Assembly (NCBI GenBank): GCA_965220085.1
Contig: CBDCOZ010000003.1
Coordinates: 1,216,001 to 1,280,000 of the forward strand
DNA from: Candidatus Oxydemutatoraceae bacterium
Lineage (GTDB): Bacteria > Pseudomonadota > Gammaproteobacteria > Poriferisulfidales > Oxydemutatoraceae
Length of the DNA: 64,000 nt
Direction: 5' to 3'
Made by a program: the position numbers and the translations under genes. Shown here in pieces: positions 1-11,011 of the stretch (positions within the stretch are counted from its first letter, which is position 1; each line of letters opens with the position of its first letter). Below the pieces are notes generated by a model. It had not been told where the DNA came from. It saw only the letters and a list, made by a program, of their open reading frames with translations, and did not search any database.

Positions 1-7
1 TTTTCTT

Positions 8-958
8 TTGACGTCAACGAGTATGACCGGGCAAATCTCGGTCGGCGGTGTCGCCTCGTTCTTTGTCTCGATCGTCATGCTGATGCGACCGGTGCGCAGC
101 CTGATCGGCATCAACGCGATCATTCAGCAGGGGGTGGTCGCGGCGCGCAGCGTGTTTGATGTGCTGGATATGCCGCCGGAATGCGACGCCGGCGCCTCCT
201 CGGTCAAGCATTTTGACGGCGGCATCGCTTTCAAGAACGTCAGTTACCGCTATCCGAACGGAACCTGTCCGAGCCTCAGCGAGGTCTCGCTGGATATTCC
301 GCCGCGGGCGATGGTCGCTCTTGTCGGCGCATCGGGAGCGGGCAAGACGACGCTGGCACATATGATCCCAAGATTCTACCGCCCCGATGCCGGGCGGATT
401 GAACTGGACGGGACGGATATTAATGAGATACCGCTATCCGAATTGCGCCGGCAAATCGCGTATGTCGGTCAGCATACGATACTGTTTCATGACACGATAC
501 GGAACAACATCACCTGCGGGCGGGAGGTCTCGGACGAACAGTTGCGCGCGGTGATAGCGCAAGCGCACGTCAGCGAAATCGCAGACAAGCTGCCGCTGGG
601 CATTGATACGGTAATCGGCGAAGACGAGGGCGCGCAACTGTCGGGCGGGCAAAGCCAGCGGGTTGCCATCGCGCGCGCCTTGCTCAAGGACGCTGCGATC
701 ATTATTCTGGATGAGGCGACCTCATTTCTGGATACCGAGAGCGAGAAGGTCATCAAGAATACGCTGGCGGAAATTGCCGGCGGTCGTACGCTCATCGTCA
801 TCGCGCATCGTCTGGCAACGGTTGAGCGCGCCGACCATATTGTCGTCATGGACGAAGGCAAGATCATCGAGCAGGGCCGGCACGGCGAGCTGCTCGGGCG
901 CGAAGGAAAATATTACCGGCTGTGCCGCGCCGGACAGCACGAAGGCATATTAAAGTGA
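8..958 (+). CDS. msbA: Lipid A flippase MsbA, 5'-truncated by the window edge
   Basis: ABC motifs GASGAGKT, LSGGQSQR and ILDEATS; directly upstream of lpxK. Confidence 0.9.
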   Translation: MTSTSMTGQISVGGVASFFVSIVMLMRPVRSLIGINAIIQQGVVAARSVFDVLDMPPECDAGASSVKHFDGGIAFKNVSYRYPNGTCPSLSEVSLDIPPRAMVALVGASGAGKTTLAHMIPRFYRPDAGRIELDGTDINEIPLSELRRQIAYVGQHTILFHDTIRNNITCGREVSDEQLRAVIAQAHVSEIADKLPLGIDTVIGEDEGAQLSGGQSQRVAIARALLKDAAIIILDEATSFLDTESEKVIKNTLAEIAGGRTLIVIAHRLATVERADHIVVMDEGKIIEQGRHGELLGREGKYYRLCRAGQHEGILK

Positions 959-1977
959 GCCTGCCCGACAAGATTTGGTACGGGCGTCATCGCTTGACGG
1001 CTTTGTGGATGTTGCCGGCGGTGCCGCTGTCGTGGCTCTGCCGCATCGCGGTCGCGCTTCGCGGCTTGCGCGCGCTGGCGCGGACGCCTTTGCCCGTTCC
1101 CGTTATCGTCGTCGGCAACCTGACGGTCGGCGGCACCGGCAAGACGCCGATGGTCATCTGCCTCGCCAAACTGTTGCAAAAGCGCGGCTATAAGGTCGGC
1201 ATCGTCAGCCGCGGCTATCGCGCCCAGTGCCGTCAATTCCCGCATCGGGTGAGCGCGGCGGACAGCGCGGTTTTTTGCGGCGATGAGCCGAAACTGCTGG
1301 CGCAAGCGACAGGCTGTCCGGTTGTGATTGACCCCAAGCGGCGGCGGGCGGCGAAGTCTTTGCTCGCTACCGAAGCGGTGGATGTCGTGTTATCCGATGA
1401 CGGACTGCAGCATGTGTCATTGCCGCGCGCATTGGAAATCGTCATGGTCGACGGCGCGCGCAAGTTTGGCAACAGGCGATTGTTGCCGGCGGGGCCGTTG
1501 CGCGAACCGATCAAACGGCTGGCAAAAGTTGATTTCATCGTTGTCAATGGCGGCGAGAGCAATATCAAAGGCGCCGGGGTGATGCGCGAGAAGATATATC
1601 GTGCGCAGATGCGGATGCTCGGGTTTCGCCACCTGACGACCAAGCAACGCAAGCCGATCGGATATCTCAAGGGCAAAAGCGCGCATCTGAATATCGCCAT
1701 CGCCCACCCGCAACGGGTGGTCAACACGCTTGTTGCCAACGGGATTAAGCCGCGGGCGCATGAATTCCCGGACCATCACCTGTGGCAGGAAGCCGATTTT
1801 GCCTACGATGACGACCTGCCGATTGTGGTGACCGAAAAGGATGCGGTGAAATGTATCGCGTTGCCGATACCGGCGCTGGCGCTGGAGAAAGTATGGGTGA
1901 TTGAAAGTAAAATGTGTCTTGGTGTAGAATTTGAAGAGTGTTTGCTACAAAGTCTCAAAATACATGCTGATGGATAA
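955..1977 (+). CDS. lpxK: Tetraacyldisaccharide 4'-kinase
   Basis: [30 protein letters not shown] and TEKDAVK motifs; GTG at 955 overlaps the msbA stop. Confidence 0.95.
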   Translation: MSLPDKIWYGRHRLTALWMLPAVPLSWLCRIAVALRGLRALARTPLPVPVIVVGNLTVGGTGKTPMVICLAKLLQKRGYKVGIVSRGYRAQCRQFPHRVSAADSAVFCGDEPKLLAQATGCPVVIDPKRRRAAKSLLATEAVDVVLSDDGLQHVSLPRALEIVMVDGARKFGNRRLLPAGPLREPIKRLAKVDFIVVNGGESNIKGAGVMREKIYRAQMRMLGFRHLTTKQRKPIGYLKGKSAHLNIAIAHPQRVVNTLVANGIKPRAHEFPDHHLWQEADFAYDDDLPIVVTEKDAVKCIALPIPALALEKVWVIESKMCLGVEFEECLLQSLKIHADG

Positions 1978-2167
1978 TCGTTTGCTTGACATACTCGTGT
2001 GCCCGGTCACCAAAGGCCCTTTGATATATGACAAGGAGCGCGCGGAACTGATTTCCTTGTCCGCAAGGCTGGCTTATCCGATACGCGATGGCATTCCGGT
2101 GATGCTGTCTCAGGAAGCGCGTCAGATATCTCAGGATGAATACGAACGCTGCCGAAAAAAGCGCTGA
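1970..2167 (+). CDS. ycaR: Trm112-family protein
   Basis: [14 protein letters not shown]...[12 protein letters not shown]; lies between lpxK and kdsB. Confidence 0.9.
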   Translation: MDNRLLDILVCPVTKGPLIYDKERAELISLSARLAYPIRDGIPVMLSQEARQISQDEYERCRKKR

Positions 2168-2897
2168 GTTCAAGGTCGTGATACCGGCGCGTTACGATTC
2201 AAAACGCTTGCCGGGCAAACCGTTGCGGCTGATTGCCGGGCGCCCGCTGATCGAACACGCCTACCGCAATGCCGCGGACAGCGGCGCGTCCCAAGTGATC
2301 GTCGCCACCGATGACGAACGCATCGCCGAATGCGTCGCCGGGTTTGACGGCGAGTGCTGCATGACCTCGGCCGATCATCTGTGCGGCAGCGACCGCATTC
2401 ACGAGGCGGCGACAAAGCTGCGGTGGGGCGATGAGGTCATGATTGTCAATGTGCAAGGCGATGAGCCGTTTATTTCCGCACAGTCGATTGCGATGTTGGC
2501 GGCAGACTTGGCGCAGCGCCCGCAAGCCTCCGTCGGCACCTTGGCATCGGCGCACGAGGCCGGCGAAAGCGGATATAATGAGCGCGACCGGGTGAAGGTG
2601 GTGTGCGACGATAACGGCTATGCGCTGTACTTCAGTCGCGAAGCGATACCGGCGGCGGCAGACAGGTGGCTGTGCCATCACGGCATCTATGCTTATCGGC
2701 GGGGCTATCTGCGCAGATTTGCATCCATGAGCCAATCAGATATGGAAAAATGCGAGAAACTGGAACAACTTCGGGCATTGGCGGCGGGTGATAAAATACG
2801 GGTGCGCTTGATTGCCGCTCCGGCCTGCTTCGGCATAGATAGCGAAGCCGACCTCAAACGGGCGGGGGACTTGATAAACAAGGGCAAAAGGTTGTAG
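2136..2897 (+). CDS. kdsB: CMP-Kdo synthetase
   Basis: [22 protein letters not shown] and EKLEQLRAL motifs. Confidence 0.95.
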   Translation: MNTNAAEKSAEFKVVIPARYDSKRLPGKPLRLIAGRPLIEHAYRNAADSGASQVIVATDDERIAECVAGFDGECCMTSADHLCGSDRIHEAATKLRWGDEVMIVNVQGDEPFISAQSIAMLAADLAQRPQASVGTLASAHEAGESGYNERDRVKVVCDDNGYALYFSREAIPAAADRWLCHHGIYAYRRGYLRRFASMSQSDMEKCEKLEQLRALAAGDKIRVRLIAAPACFGIDSEADLKRAGDLINKGKRL

Positions 2898-3012
2898 AAT
2901 TCGCAACCTGAACTTGATTAGATGTGCGCAAACGACATCCGGATGCAGGCAAACAACACTCGATTGTTTCGCAGTGTGACGAATGATTGCTTGTGACTTT
3001 GACTGTGATATG

Positions 3013-3037
3013 CGCAAATAACTAAGCGCTATTTGCG
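3013..3037. promoter_or_regulatory. 25-bp palindrome CGCAAATAAC-TAAGC-GCTATTTGCG, operator-like; weaker copy at ~2949-2972
   Basis: 23/25 identical to the palindromes at 25736-25760 and 28932-28956; ends 6 bp before the GTG at 3044. Confidence 0.6.
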
Positions 3038-3043
3038 CACTGT

Positions 3044-3982
3044 GTGACGATGATAAAAATACAGAACCTTACAAAACGTTTTGGCGCGCGCGTTGCGGTG
3101 GATGACATCAGCTTTGAAGTCGCGCCGGGAGAAGTGCTGGGCTTTCTCGGACCAAACGGCGCCGGCAAATCGACGACGATGAAGATCATCTGCGGTTTTC
3201 TGCCCATGAACGAAGGGCGGATCAGCGTCTGCGGGCACGATGTCGTTTCGGATTCGATTGCCGCCAAATCCTGCATCGGTTATCTGCCGGAAGGCGCTCC
3301 GAGTTATGACGACATGTCGGTGCTCGGTTTCCTGCGCTTCATTTCTCAAGTGCGTCAAATCCCCCCGGCCAAGCGCGAAGAGCGGTTGCAATATGTCATC
3401 GACGAACTCAAGATTGAGGATGTTTTGCAACAGCGCATAGATACGCTGTCAAAAGGCTTCAAGCGCCGGGTCGGGTTGGCGCAGGCCCTGATTCACGACC
3501 CGCAGGTATTAATCATGGACGAGCCGACCGACGGGCTGGACCCGAACCAGAAGCACCATGTGCGGTCGTTGATTAACTCCCTGAGCAAGGAAAAGATCGT
3601 CGTCATATCCACCCACATATTGGAAGAGGTCGAGGCGGTCTGCACCCGGGCGATGATCGTCGCGCGCGGCCGCATCCTGATCGATTCCACCCCGCAGGAG
3701 TTGGTCGGCAAGTCGCGCTATCACCGCGCCATCAGCATCACCGCCGACAATCGGGAAACGGTAGACAAGCTGTGCAAAGGCGAGTCCGGCGTGGAGACGA
3801 TCAGGCATACGCCGCCGGGCAATCAGTGGGTGGTGTTTGCCAAACAGGGCAAGCAGGGCGCCGTCTATGAGCATCTGCATCGTCGCATGCGGGAAAATTC
3901 CGCCGGGGTGCGGGACATACGCATGGAGTCGGGGCGGATGGACGAGGTGTTTCGGGAGATTACCGAAGGGAGTCTGGCATGA
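3044..3982 (+). CDS. ABC transporter ATP-binding subunit, GldA-like
   Basis: GPNGAGKST, LSKGFKRRVG and DEPTDGLDPNQ motifs. Confidence 0.9.
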   Translation: MTMIKIQNLTKRFGARVAVDDISFEVAPGEVLGFLGPNGAGKSTTMKIICGFLPMNEGRISVCGHDVVSDSIAAKSCIGYLPEGAPSYDDMSVLGFLRFISQVRQIPPAKREERLQYVIDELKIEDVLQQRIDTLSKGFKRRVGLAQALIHDPQVLIMDEPTDGLDPNQKHHVRSLINSLSKEKIVVISTHILEEVEAVCTRAMIVARGRILIDSTPQELVGKSRYHRAISITADNRETVDKLCKGESGVETIRHTPPGNQWVVFAKQGKQGAVYEHLHRRMRENSAGVRDIRMESGRMDEVFREITEGSLA

Positions 3983-4716
3983 GCAGTTTGATTGCGGTTG
4001 TGGCGCGGCGGGAGTTTGTGGGTTATTTCGCAACCCCGTTGGCCTATGTTTTCACCATCGTGTTTCTCGCCATGTCGGCGGTTTTCACTTTTTATCTCGG
4101 CAACTTCTTTGAAAGAGGCGAGGCGGATTTGTTGCCATTTTTCCAGTACCACCCGTGGTTGTACTTGTTTTTGATTCCGGCGATTTCAATGCGCCTGTGG
4201 GCCGAGGAGCGCAAGAGCGGCAGCATTGAGCTGTTGATGACATTGCCGATTACGCCGTTGCAGGCGATTCTCGGCAAATATTTTGCCGCGTGGTTGTTTA
4301 CCGGAGTGGTCTTGGCGCTGACGTTCCCGCTATGGATCACCGTCAATTATCTCGGCGAACCGGATAATGGCGTCATCGCATCGGCCTATCTCGGCAGTTT
4401 CCTGATGGCGGGGTCCTTTCTGGCCATCGGCTCGTGCATATCGGCGACGACCAGAAACCAGGTGATCGCATTTATCATCACCATCGTGGTTTGCTTTTTG
4501 CTGCTCCTGAGCAGTCTGTCGCTGGTGCTGGATTTCTTCCGCCCGTGGATGCCGCAATTGTTGCTGGACACCATCGCATCGCTAAGCTTTTTGGCGCACT
4601 TCGCTTCTATCAGCAAGGGGGTGGTCGATTTGCGCGACATCGTTTATTTTGTTTTTATGATTTTATTCTGGCTTGGCGCGAATGCCATCGTTTTGGACAC
4701 TAAGAAAGGCGAATGA
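3979..4716 (+). CDS. ABC-2 permease, GldF-like
   Basis: Multiple TM segments; MRLWAEERKSGSIELLMTLP motif. Confidence 0.88.
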   Translation: MSSLIAVVARREFVGYFATPLAYVFTIVFLAMSAVFTFYLGNFFERGEADLLPFFQYHPWLYLFLIPAISMRLWAEERKSGSIELLMTLPITPLQAILGKYFAAWLFTGVVLALTFPLWITVNYLGEPDNGVIASAYLGSFLMAGSFLAIGSCISATTRNQVIAFIITIVVCFLLLLSSLSLVLDFFRPWMPQLLLDTIASLSFLAHFASISKGVVDLRDIVYFVFMILFWLGANAIVLDTKKGE

Positions 4717-6698
4717 GCAAGCAAGACAACAAGCAAGGCAAAAGCCGCAAAGCGGCGACGGTGCCGCCGAAAGTCATCTACATCACGATGACCGCGCTCT
4801 TTTTGTTGCTGATGACCATTTCCAACGAGACGTTGCGTCACTACCGTTTGGACATGACCGAGAACGATGCGTACACATTGTCCGACAGCACTTTCACGAT
4901 TCTTGAAAAGATCGAGCAACCGATCAATCTGTACCTGTTTTTCTCCGAGCGGTCGAGCCGAGACCGGCCGTTTTTAAGGAAGTACTACGACAAAGTGAAA
5001 GAACTGCTGGAAGAGTTTGAGCTCTATTCCAACGACCGCATACGCCTCCAATTTATCAACCCCGAACCGTTCTCCGAAGAGGAAGATCGCGCCGATAGTT
5101 TTGGTCTTCAGAAAGTGCCGGTGAGGCAAGGCGGCGAATCGCTTTACTTCGGTTTGGCCGGCACCAACGCCATCGGTCACGTGGAAGTGATTCCGTTTTT
5201 GGATTCGCAACGCGAACCCTTTCTGGAATACGACATAGACAAAATGATCTATTCGCTGATCAATCCGGAGAAGCCGGTGCTCGGGCTGATGACTTCTATC
5301 TCCATGTTTCCTTCCGACAACGTATTGCCGGGCGACAAGGCGTGGGTGATTACCGAGCAATTGGAAGAACTGTTTGAAGTGAAAAAGCTCTATCGGGGGC
5401 TTGACGAAATAAAGAGCGACGAGGTCGATGTGCTGATGGTGGTGCATCCGAAAAACCTCGCCGATGTGACCTTGTATGCGATCGACCAATATGTGATGCG
5501 CGGCGGCAAGGCGATATTCTTTGTCGACCCGTATGCCGAGATTGAATATGTGCCGGGCCTCGGCGTGCCGCGTCCCGGCGACGAAACCAAGAGAAGCTCG
5601 TCGTTAAATCGCATCTTCCGCAAATGGGGGTTTGAAGTCAATGCCGATAAGGTCATCGGCGATTCGGCCGCCGCGCTCAGCGTGTCCGCGCCGGGCAAGG
5701 CCGCCGAGCGCGACATCGTGATGGTCGGTTACGGCCCCGGTAACATCGAAGAAGAAGATGTGGCGACCGCGAGGTTGCAACAGATCATCCTCGGCATGCC
5801 GTCTTACATCCGAGTGCTGAACCAGAACAGAATCAAGATGACGCCGTTGATCTGGTCGACCAGGCAGGCGACATTGCTGTCATTGTTGCATGTTTCCAAA
5901 TCGCGCTTTGCCCAACGGCCGTCCATGTTGCTGGAAGGTTTCAAAGCGACCGGCACCGAATACCCGATTGCCGCCAGAATTCGGGGCAAGTTGCCCAGCG
6001 CGTTTGCCAAAGCGCCCGCGCCGGAGCCGGAAGAAGAGGAGGCGCCGGAATTGGAAGAGGGCGAGGAGCCGCCGGAGCCGCCGCCGCCGCCCAAGCCGCG
6101 CGAGGATTTGCCGGCGCATGTCTCCGCAACGGCAGAGGAGGCCAATCTGGTGGTGGTCGCCGATGCCGATATTTTGAGCGACCGCCTGTGGGTGCAGATT
6201 TCAAGGTTTCTGGAGCAGCGGATTTACCGGCCGTTTGCGAATAACCGAGACTTCATCGTCAATACGCTTGAGAACATGACCGGAGACGAGTCGTTGGTCG
6301 GCATCCGCAGTCGCGCGGTCTTCAGTCGTCCGTTCACGCGCATCGAAGAAATTCAACAGGCGGCGAATTTCAAGTTTCAATCGACCGAGGATGCGTTGAA
6401 CAACAAGCTCAAGGAATCCGAAGAGAAACTGAAAGAATTGCAGAGCCAAAGAACCGATACGACTTCCAGTATCCTGACTCCGGAGCAACAGGCCGAAGTC
6501 GCGAAGTCGCGGCAGCAAATGTTGCAGACGCGCAAGCAGCTGCGCGAAGTTAAGCATAGTATGGTCAAAGATATTGATACATTGGTTGCGCAGATTAAAT
6601 TCATTAATATCGGAGGCGTACCGATTCTGATAACTATTTTTGCGGGAGTATTCGCCCTGGTTAAAAGACGCAAGAAAGGAGGCGCAAAACTGTCATGA
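4713..6698 (+). CDS. ABC auxiliary component, GldG-like
   Basis: N-terminal TM, DMTENDAYTLS, IDQYVMRGG, C-terminal coiled coil plus TM; follows the GldA/F-like genes. Confidence 0.85.
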   Translation: MSKQDNKQGKSRKAATVPPKVIYITMTALFLLLMTISNETLRHYRLDMTENDAYTLSDSTFTILEKIEQPINLYLFFSERSSRDRPFLRKYYDKVKELLEEFELYSNDRIRLQFINPEPFSEEEDRADSFGLQKVPVRQGGESLYFGLAGTNAIGHVEVIPFLDSQREPFLEYDIDKMIYSLINPEKPVLGLMTSISMFPSDNVLPGDKAWVITEQLEELFEVKKLYRGLDEIKSDEVDVLMVVHPKNLADVTLYAIDQYVMRGGKAIFFVDPYAEIEYVPGLGVPRPGDETKRSSSLNRIFRKWGFEVNADKVIGDSAAALSVSAPGKAAERDIVMVGYGPGNIEEEDVATARLQQIILGMPSYIRVLNQNRIKMTPLIWSTRQATLLSLLHVSKSRFAQRPSMLLEGFKATGTEYPIAARIRGKLPSAFAKAPAPEPEEEEAPELEEGEEPPEPPPPPKPREDLPAHVSATAEEANLVVVADADILSDRLWVQISRFLEQRIYRPFANNRDFIVNTLENMTGDESLVGIRSRAVFSRPFTRIEEIQQAANFKFQSTEDALNNKLKESEEKLKELQSQRTDTTSSILTPEQQAEVAKSRQQMLQTRKQLREVKHSMVKDIDTLVAQIKFINIGGVPILITIFAGVFALVKRRKKGGAKLS

Positions 6699-7759
6699 AC
6701 CCGAAGACTTTTATAATTCTTGTAACTGCTGTGGTTGCCGCCGCCGGGGCTGTGTTGTTGTTGAATCAGGGCAAGCAGTCCATGGATAACTTCGGGCCGA
6801 TATTTGACGGGTTTGACATAGAAGAAATCAATGATGTGCATGCCTTGAACCTGAGCGCGTCCAGTCGCCGCAGAGTGAGCATGAGCCGCGATGAAGACGG
6901 GCGCTGGCGGGTGCTGGAAAAGAAAAACTACCCCGCTGATTTGGTCAAAATCCGTAAGTTGATGGTTGCTATTTCGGAATCGGAGAAGGTGGAATTAAAG
7001 ACTTCCAGAGCCGAGCAATATACCGAGCTCAAGCTCGCTGATCCTGCGGAAACCGACTACAAGGCCGGGTATCGGGTGGATATCATTACGTCCGATCAGA
7101 CGCGCTCGTTATTCGTCGGCGACATAGCCGAAGGCATAGAGAAGGGACAGTACATTCGCATTCCCGGCGAGAAAGAAAGCTGGCTGGTGAATCAGCGCAT
7201 ATGGATTGATATGGAAGTGGACAAGTGGCTGGACAAGCGCATTCTGCATATGGATCCCGACAACATCCACAAGATTTCCATTACCCCTCCGGAGGGCGAG
7301 ACGATACATGTCGTACGCGCCGCCAAGGGGGAGGAGTTGGCGCTGGAGAATGCGCCCGAAGGACGCAAGCCTAAGGGCGGCGCTGCGATAACCGGCTTGG
7401 CAAAATTCCCCGACTTTCTGGAGTTCAACGAGATACGCAGCCGGGAAAAACTCAAGATACCGGAGGAAGACGTGACCAAAGCGGTGGTCACAACCTTTGA
7501 CGGCCTTGAGTTGCATTACACCGGCTACCCGCAAGGCACGAGACGCCGCTACGGCGTATTTGATGTGAAGGAGAACGCCGAAGTAGCGGAAAAGTTTGGC
7601 ATATCCGAAGAAGACAAGGCGGCGGTCAGCAAGAAATTAGAGCGCTTGACGAATCGCCTGTCGCCTTGGTTCTATGAAATCAGACATACGGCCTACAACC
7701 TGTTCAAGGTTGATATGGAAAAGCTGACCGAAGCGGTAGAAGAAGAGAAAGAAAAGTAA
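6695..7759 (+). CDS. DUF4340-like membrane-anchored protein
   Basis: N-terminal anchor, W..L....YPAD, YIR.PGE..SWLV; usual fourth gene of GldAFG-like operons. Confidence 0.7.
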   Translation: MNPKTFIILVTAVVAAAGAVLLLNQGKQSMDNFGPIFDGFDIEEINDVHALNLSASSRRRVSMSRDEDGRWRVLEKKNYPADLVKIRKLMVAISESEKVELKTSRAEQYTELKLADPAETDYKAGYRVDIITSDQTRSLFVGDIAEGIEKGQYIRIPGEKESWLVNQRIWIDMEVDKWLDKRILHMDPDNIHKISITPPEGETIHVVRAAKGEELALENAPEGRKPKGGAAITGLAKFPDFLEFNEIRSREKLKIPEEDVTKAVVTTFDGLELHYTGYPQGTRRRYGVFDVKENAEVAEKFGISEEDKAAVSKKLERLTNRLSPWFYEIRHTAYNLFKVDMEKLTEAVEEEKEK

Positions 7760-7782
7760 GCGGGCTGTCGGCGCGTTTAATA

Positions 7783-9165
7783 CTACTTCAAACGGCTTTT
7801 AATTTCACGTGCGAGTTTGGCGGCGATGCCGGTATAGGTTTCGCTCCGCAGTTCCAATAACGCCCGCTTTTCATCGGTCGGCAAATCCAACTTTTCAATA
7901 AACGTTTGCAGTTGCTTCTCTCCGAGTTCCTGTCCGCGCGACAGCGATTTCAATTGATCGTAGGCGTCTTCTACGCCGTGCTTGCGGAGTATGGTCTGTA
8001 TTGCTTCGGTGAGGACTTCGGGGTGTGCGGCGAGCTCAGCGGCGATAAAGCGACGGTCGGGCGCGATTTTGTCGCAGCCTTTGATGATGCCGTCCAGACC
8101 GAGCACGGTGTGCGCAAAGACGCTGCCGAGCGAGCGCATAACGGTGGAGTCGGACAGGTCGCGTTGCCACCTGGATATGACCAACTTGTCGGCCAGGTGT
8201 CGCGCTAGGGTCGCTGCGATACCGAGATTGCCTTCGGCGTTTTCAAAATCAATCGGGTTGACCTTGTGCGGCATCGTCGACGAACCGACTTCTTGCCGGT
8301 TCGCCTTTTGTATCAGCACGCCGCGCGAGATATACGCCCACATGTCGCGGCAGAAATCGACCAGCGTGTGCGATGCGCGGGCGAGGGCGTCCAGCAATTC
8401 GGCCAAGCGCTCGTGCGGTTCTATCTGCGTCGTGTAGATTGACGCTTGCAGACCGAGCGAGCCCATCATCTTTTCGCTCATCGCGATCCAATCGGCGTCC
8501 GGCCAGGCGCAGTGGTGCGCGTTGTAATTGCCGACCGCGCCGTTCCATTTGGCCGTAATCGGAACGGATTTTATGCAATGCAAGTGGGCGCGGATACGGA
8601 AACAAAAATTCGCGAACTCCTTGCCGACGGTCGTCGGCGAGGCGGCTTGGCCGTGGGTTCTTGACAGCAACGGAAGCTCGGCATATTCAAGCGCCAACGC
8701 CTGCAAGGTCCCCGCCAGATCATCAAGAGCCGGGACGATGATGTTATCCCGCGCGTCTTTGACCATCAGCGCATAGGCGATGCTGTTGATATCTTCCGAG
8801 GTGCAGGCGATGTGGATGAAGGGGCTGTAGCTTGCCAACTCGGGGACGGCTTTTATCTTTTCGCGCAGATATTCCTCAATCGCTTTGACGTCGTGGTTGA
8901 TGTCGCTTTCGATCGCCTTGACCCGCTCGGCCTGCTCGGTATCAAAGCGGTCGGAGATGTCGTCCAGCCGCTTTTCCATGTTGCCATCCAGCGGTGCGAC
9001 GGAGGGGATTTCCTCGCTTGCGGCGAGTATCTTAAGCCACTGTATCTCGGCTTGCAGGCGCCGGCGCATCAGGCCGTACTCACTGAAGTATTCGGATAGC
9101 GCGAGCGTCTTCTTGTGGTAGCGCCCGTCTAACGGGCTGATGGCGGTCAAAGGGGAGAGAGGCAT
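7783..9165 (-). CDS. purB: Adenylosuccinate lyase
   Basis: ISPLDGRY, GSSTMPHKVNPIDFENAEGN and SRWQRDLSDS motifs. Confidence 0.97.
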   Translation of the reverse strand: MPLSPLTAISPLDGRYHKKTLALSEYFSEYGLMRRRLQAEIQWLKILAASEEIPSVAPLDGNMEKRLDDISDRFDTEQAERVKAIESDINHDVKAIEEYLREKIKAVPELASYSPFIHIACTSEDINSIAYALMVKDARDNIIVPALDDLAGTLQALALEYAELPLLSRTHGQAASPTTVGKEFANFCFRIRAHLHCIKSVPITAKWNGAVGNYNAHHCAWPDADWIAMSEKMMGSLGLQASIYTTQIEPHERLAELLDALARASHTLVDFCRDMWAYISRGVLIQKANRQEVGSSTMPHKVNPIDFENAEGNLGIAATLARHLADKLVISRWQRDLSDSTVMRSLGSVFAHTVLGLDGIIKGCDKIAPDRRFIAAELAAHPEVLTEAIQTILRKHGVEDAYDQLKSLSRGQELGEKQLQTFIEKLDLPTDEKRALLELRSETYTGIAAKLAREIKSRLK

Positions 9166-9269
9166 TTGCTTGACGGTTGCTCGATAGTCATCGTACGGCT
9201 TCGGATTATACTACAACAGCGCTTCATGCCCCTCTCTGCGCTATGCTGACTTTTCCACAAGGGGAAAGT

Positions 9270-9460
9270 ATTGGCTGTATTCCCCTCGTGGGGGAGGCGG
9301 CAAGCCAACAAACCAAAGGGGCTGACTAGCAGGCGGTTTGGCGGTACTGCTCCGACACGCTCCCCTCGTACCATCCCTACCGGCGCACCGGAGAGGGGGA
9401 GTCCTTCCGAGAAAGCCGGAAGTTTCCTTCTTTCTACGCTGTGCGGACTCTCCCACAAGG
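9270..9460. repeat. Dispersed palindromic REP/MITE-like element
   Basis: TCCCCTCGTGGGGGAG...GGGGCTGACTAGCAGGCGG...GGAGAGGGGG; related to 12989-13106 and 47878-47940. Confidence 0.65.
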
Positions 9461-9603
9461 CGGATAATATTGGCTACGCTCCCTGCTTGCGGAGTCGGCG
9501 GCGAGCCGAAGGCTTCTTAACCATTGTGGGGCATACTCCGCAATAGTTTAACTATTATGGAGTATAATCCGGAATAGTCGTACCATTAGGAGGTATTATC
9601 CGA

Positions 9604-10764
9604 ATGAAAACAGTACATAGAATGTTGAGTTTTGAATTGCCCGGAGGCCAATCAGCCTTTCTGTGGGGGCCGCGCAAAACCGGTAAATCCACCTGGCTTA
9701 AACAGACATTCCCCGACAGTATCGTCTTTGATTTTCTGAAGACGGATGTTGCTTTTGACTACATCAGAAACCCTGCGCTGGTACGCGAGCGATTATACCC
9801 GGTTATGGAGCAAGCTCTTGCCGCACCTGTCATCTTGGATGAAGTGCAAAAAATCCCCGCAATACTTGATGAAGTACATTGGCTTATTGAGAATGAAGGG
9901 CTGCGTTTTATTCTGTGCGGATCGAGCGCGCGGAAATTGAAAAGAGGACAAGCAAATCTGCTTGGCGGTCGGGCCTGGCGGTATGAGATGTTTCCGTTTG
10001 TCTATCCCGAACTCAAAGATGCGAACCTGTTGCAAATTCTCAACCATGGGCTGATTCCTTCACATTACTTGCAGCAGAACTATCGGCAATCTCTGCGGGC
10101 ATATGTGAGGGACTATCTCAAGGAAGAAGTATTCAACGAAGGGTTAATCAGGAACATTACCGCCTTCTCCCGCTTTTTTGAAGCGATGGGATATAGCCAT
10201 GGGGAGCTGGTCAATTATGCGAGCATTGGGAGAGACTGCGGCATGGACTCCAAGTCAGTAAAAGAGTATTTCCAGATTCTGGTTGACACCTTGCTCGGGA
10301 CTTACGTCACACCATTCAAAAAAAGACAGCACCGGCAAGTCATAAGCAAGGCACCAAAGTTTTATCTCTTTGATGTCGGCGTCGCCGGACAATTACAAAA
10401 TCGCAAGATTGACGAAGCGCGCGGCGAGCATTTCGGCAGAGCATTAGAGCACTACATATTCATGGAGATTAATGCGCATCGCGCGTATCAAGACCTTCAT
10501 TATGAAATTAATTTTTGGAGGACAAAAACAGGGCTTGAAGTAGACTTCATTTTGGCAAATGGCGAAGTCGCAGTGGAGGTGAAGGGCAGCAACCGCATAG
10601 ATAATCACGACCTGAAGTCAATTCGTGCCTTCCAAAACGAGCACAAAGCGAAGTTTGCAATTGTAGTCGCTAACGAGAAGCAGGAACGCAAGGTCGGGGA
10701 TATTACTATTTTGCCGTGGCAGGTCTTCCTCGACCGGCTATGGAGCGGGAAAATACTGAGCTAG
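9604..10764 (+). CDS. AAA ATPase with C-terminal DUF4143/PD-(D/E)xK-like domain
   Basis: GPRKTGKST, LDEVQK, GSSARKL, PKFYLFDVG and EVDFIL...VEVK motifs. Confidence 0.85.
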   Translation: MKTVHRMLSFELPGGQSAFLWGPRKTGKSTWLKQTFPDSIVFDFLKTDVAFDYIRNPALVRERLYPVMEQALAAPVILDEVQKIPAILDEVHWLIENEGLRFILCGSSARKLKRGQANLLGGRAWRYEMFPFVYPELKDANLLQILNHGLIPSHYLQQNYRQSLRAYVRDYLKEEVFNEGLIRNITAFSRFFEAMGYSHGELVNYASIGRDCGMDSKSVKEYFQILVDTLLGTYVTPFKKRQHRQVISKAPKFYLFDVGVAGQLQNRKIDEARGEHFGRALEHYIFMEINAHRAYQDLHYEINFWRTKTGLEVDFILANGEVAVEVKGSNRIDNHDLKSIRAFQNEHKAKFAIVVANEKQERKVGDITILPWQVFLDRLWSGKILS

Positions 10765-10769
10765 TAGGC

Positions 10770-11010
10770 ATCGTTGAAAGGGGAGTGCAACGAACACCTC
10801 CCTCGCGGGAGGGGTGCTCGCACCAAGTGCAGAGTCTGAGCCGTAGGCAAAAAGTGATGCAACGGAGAGGGGGAAACACTTGCACTAAGAAAGCTGAAAG
10901 CACACCCCCTCTCCGGCTCGCCTGCGGCTTGCCGACTCCCCACGAGGGGGGAGTAGGGAATGGTGCGAAGTGTTTCCCCGCCAGCGTAGCGTTGCTACGC
11001 TGACCCTCCC
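10770..11010. repeat. REP/MITE-like palindromic element cluster
   Basis: CTCCCTCGCGGGAG and CTCCCCACGAGGGGGGAG hairpins; inverse-related to 13140-13400. Confidence 0.6.
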
Positions 11011-11011
11011 G

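Noticed and set aside
6010-6110. Pro/Glu-rich stretch in the GldG-like protein
   Set aside because: A low-complexity linker with mixed codons, not a slippage tract.
3044-7759. Gliding motility or type IX secretion system
   Set aside because: GldAFG-like ABC operons occur widely without gliding, and no other gld/spr/por genes are in this window.
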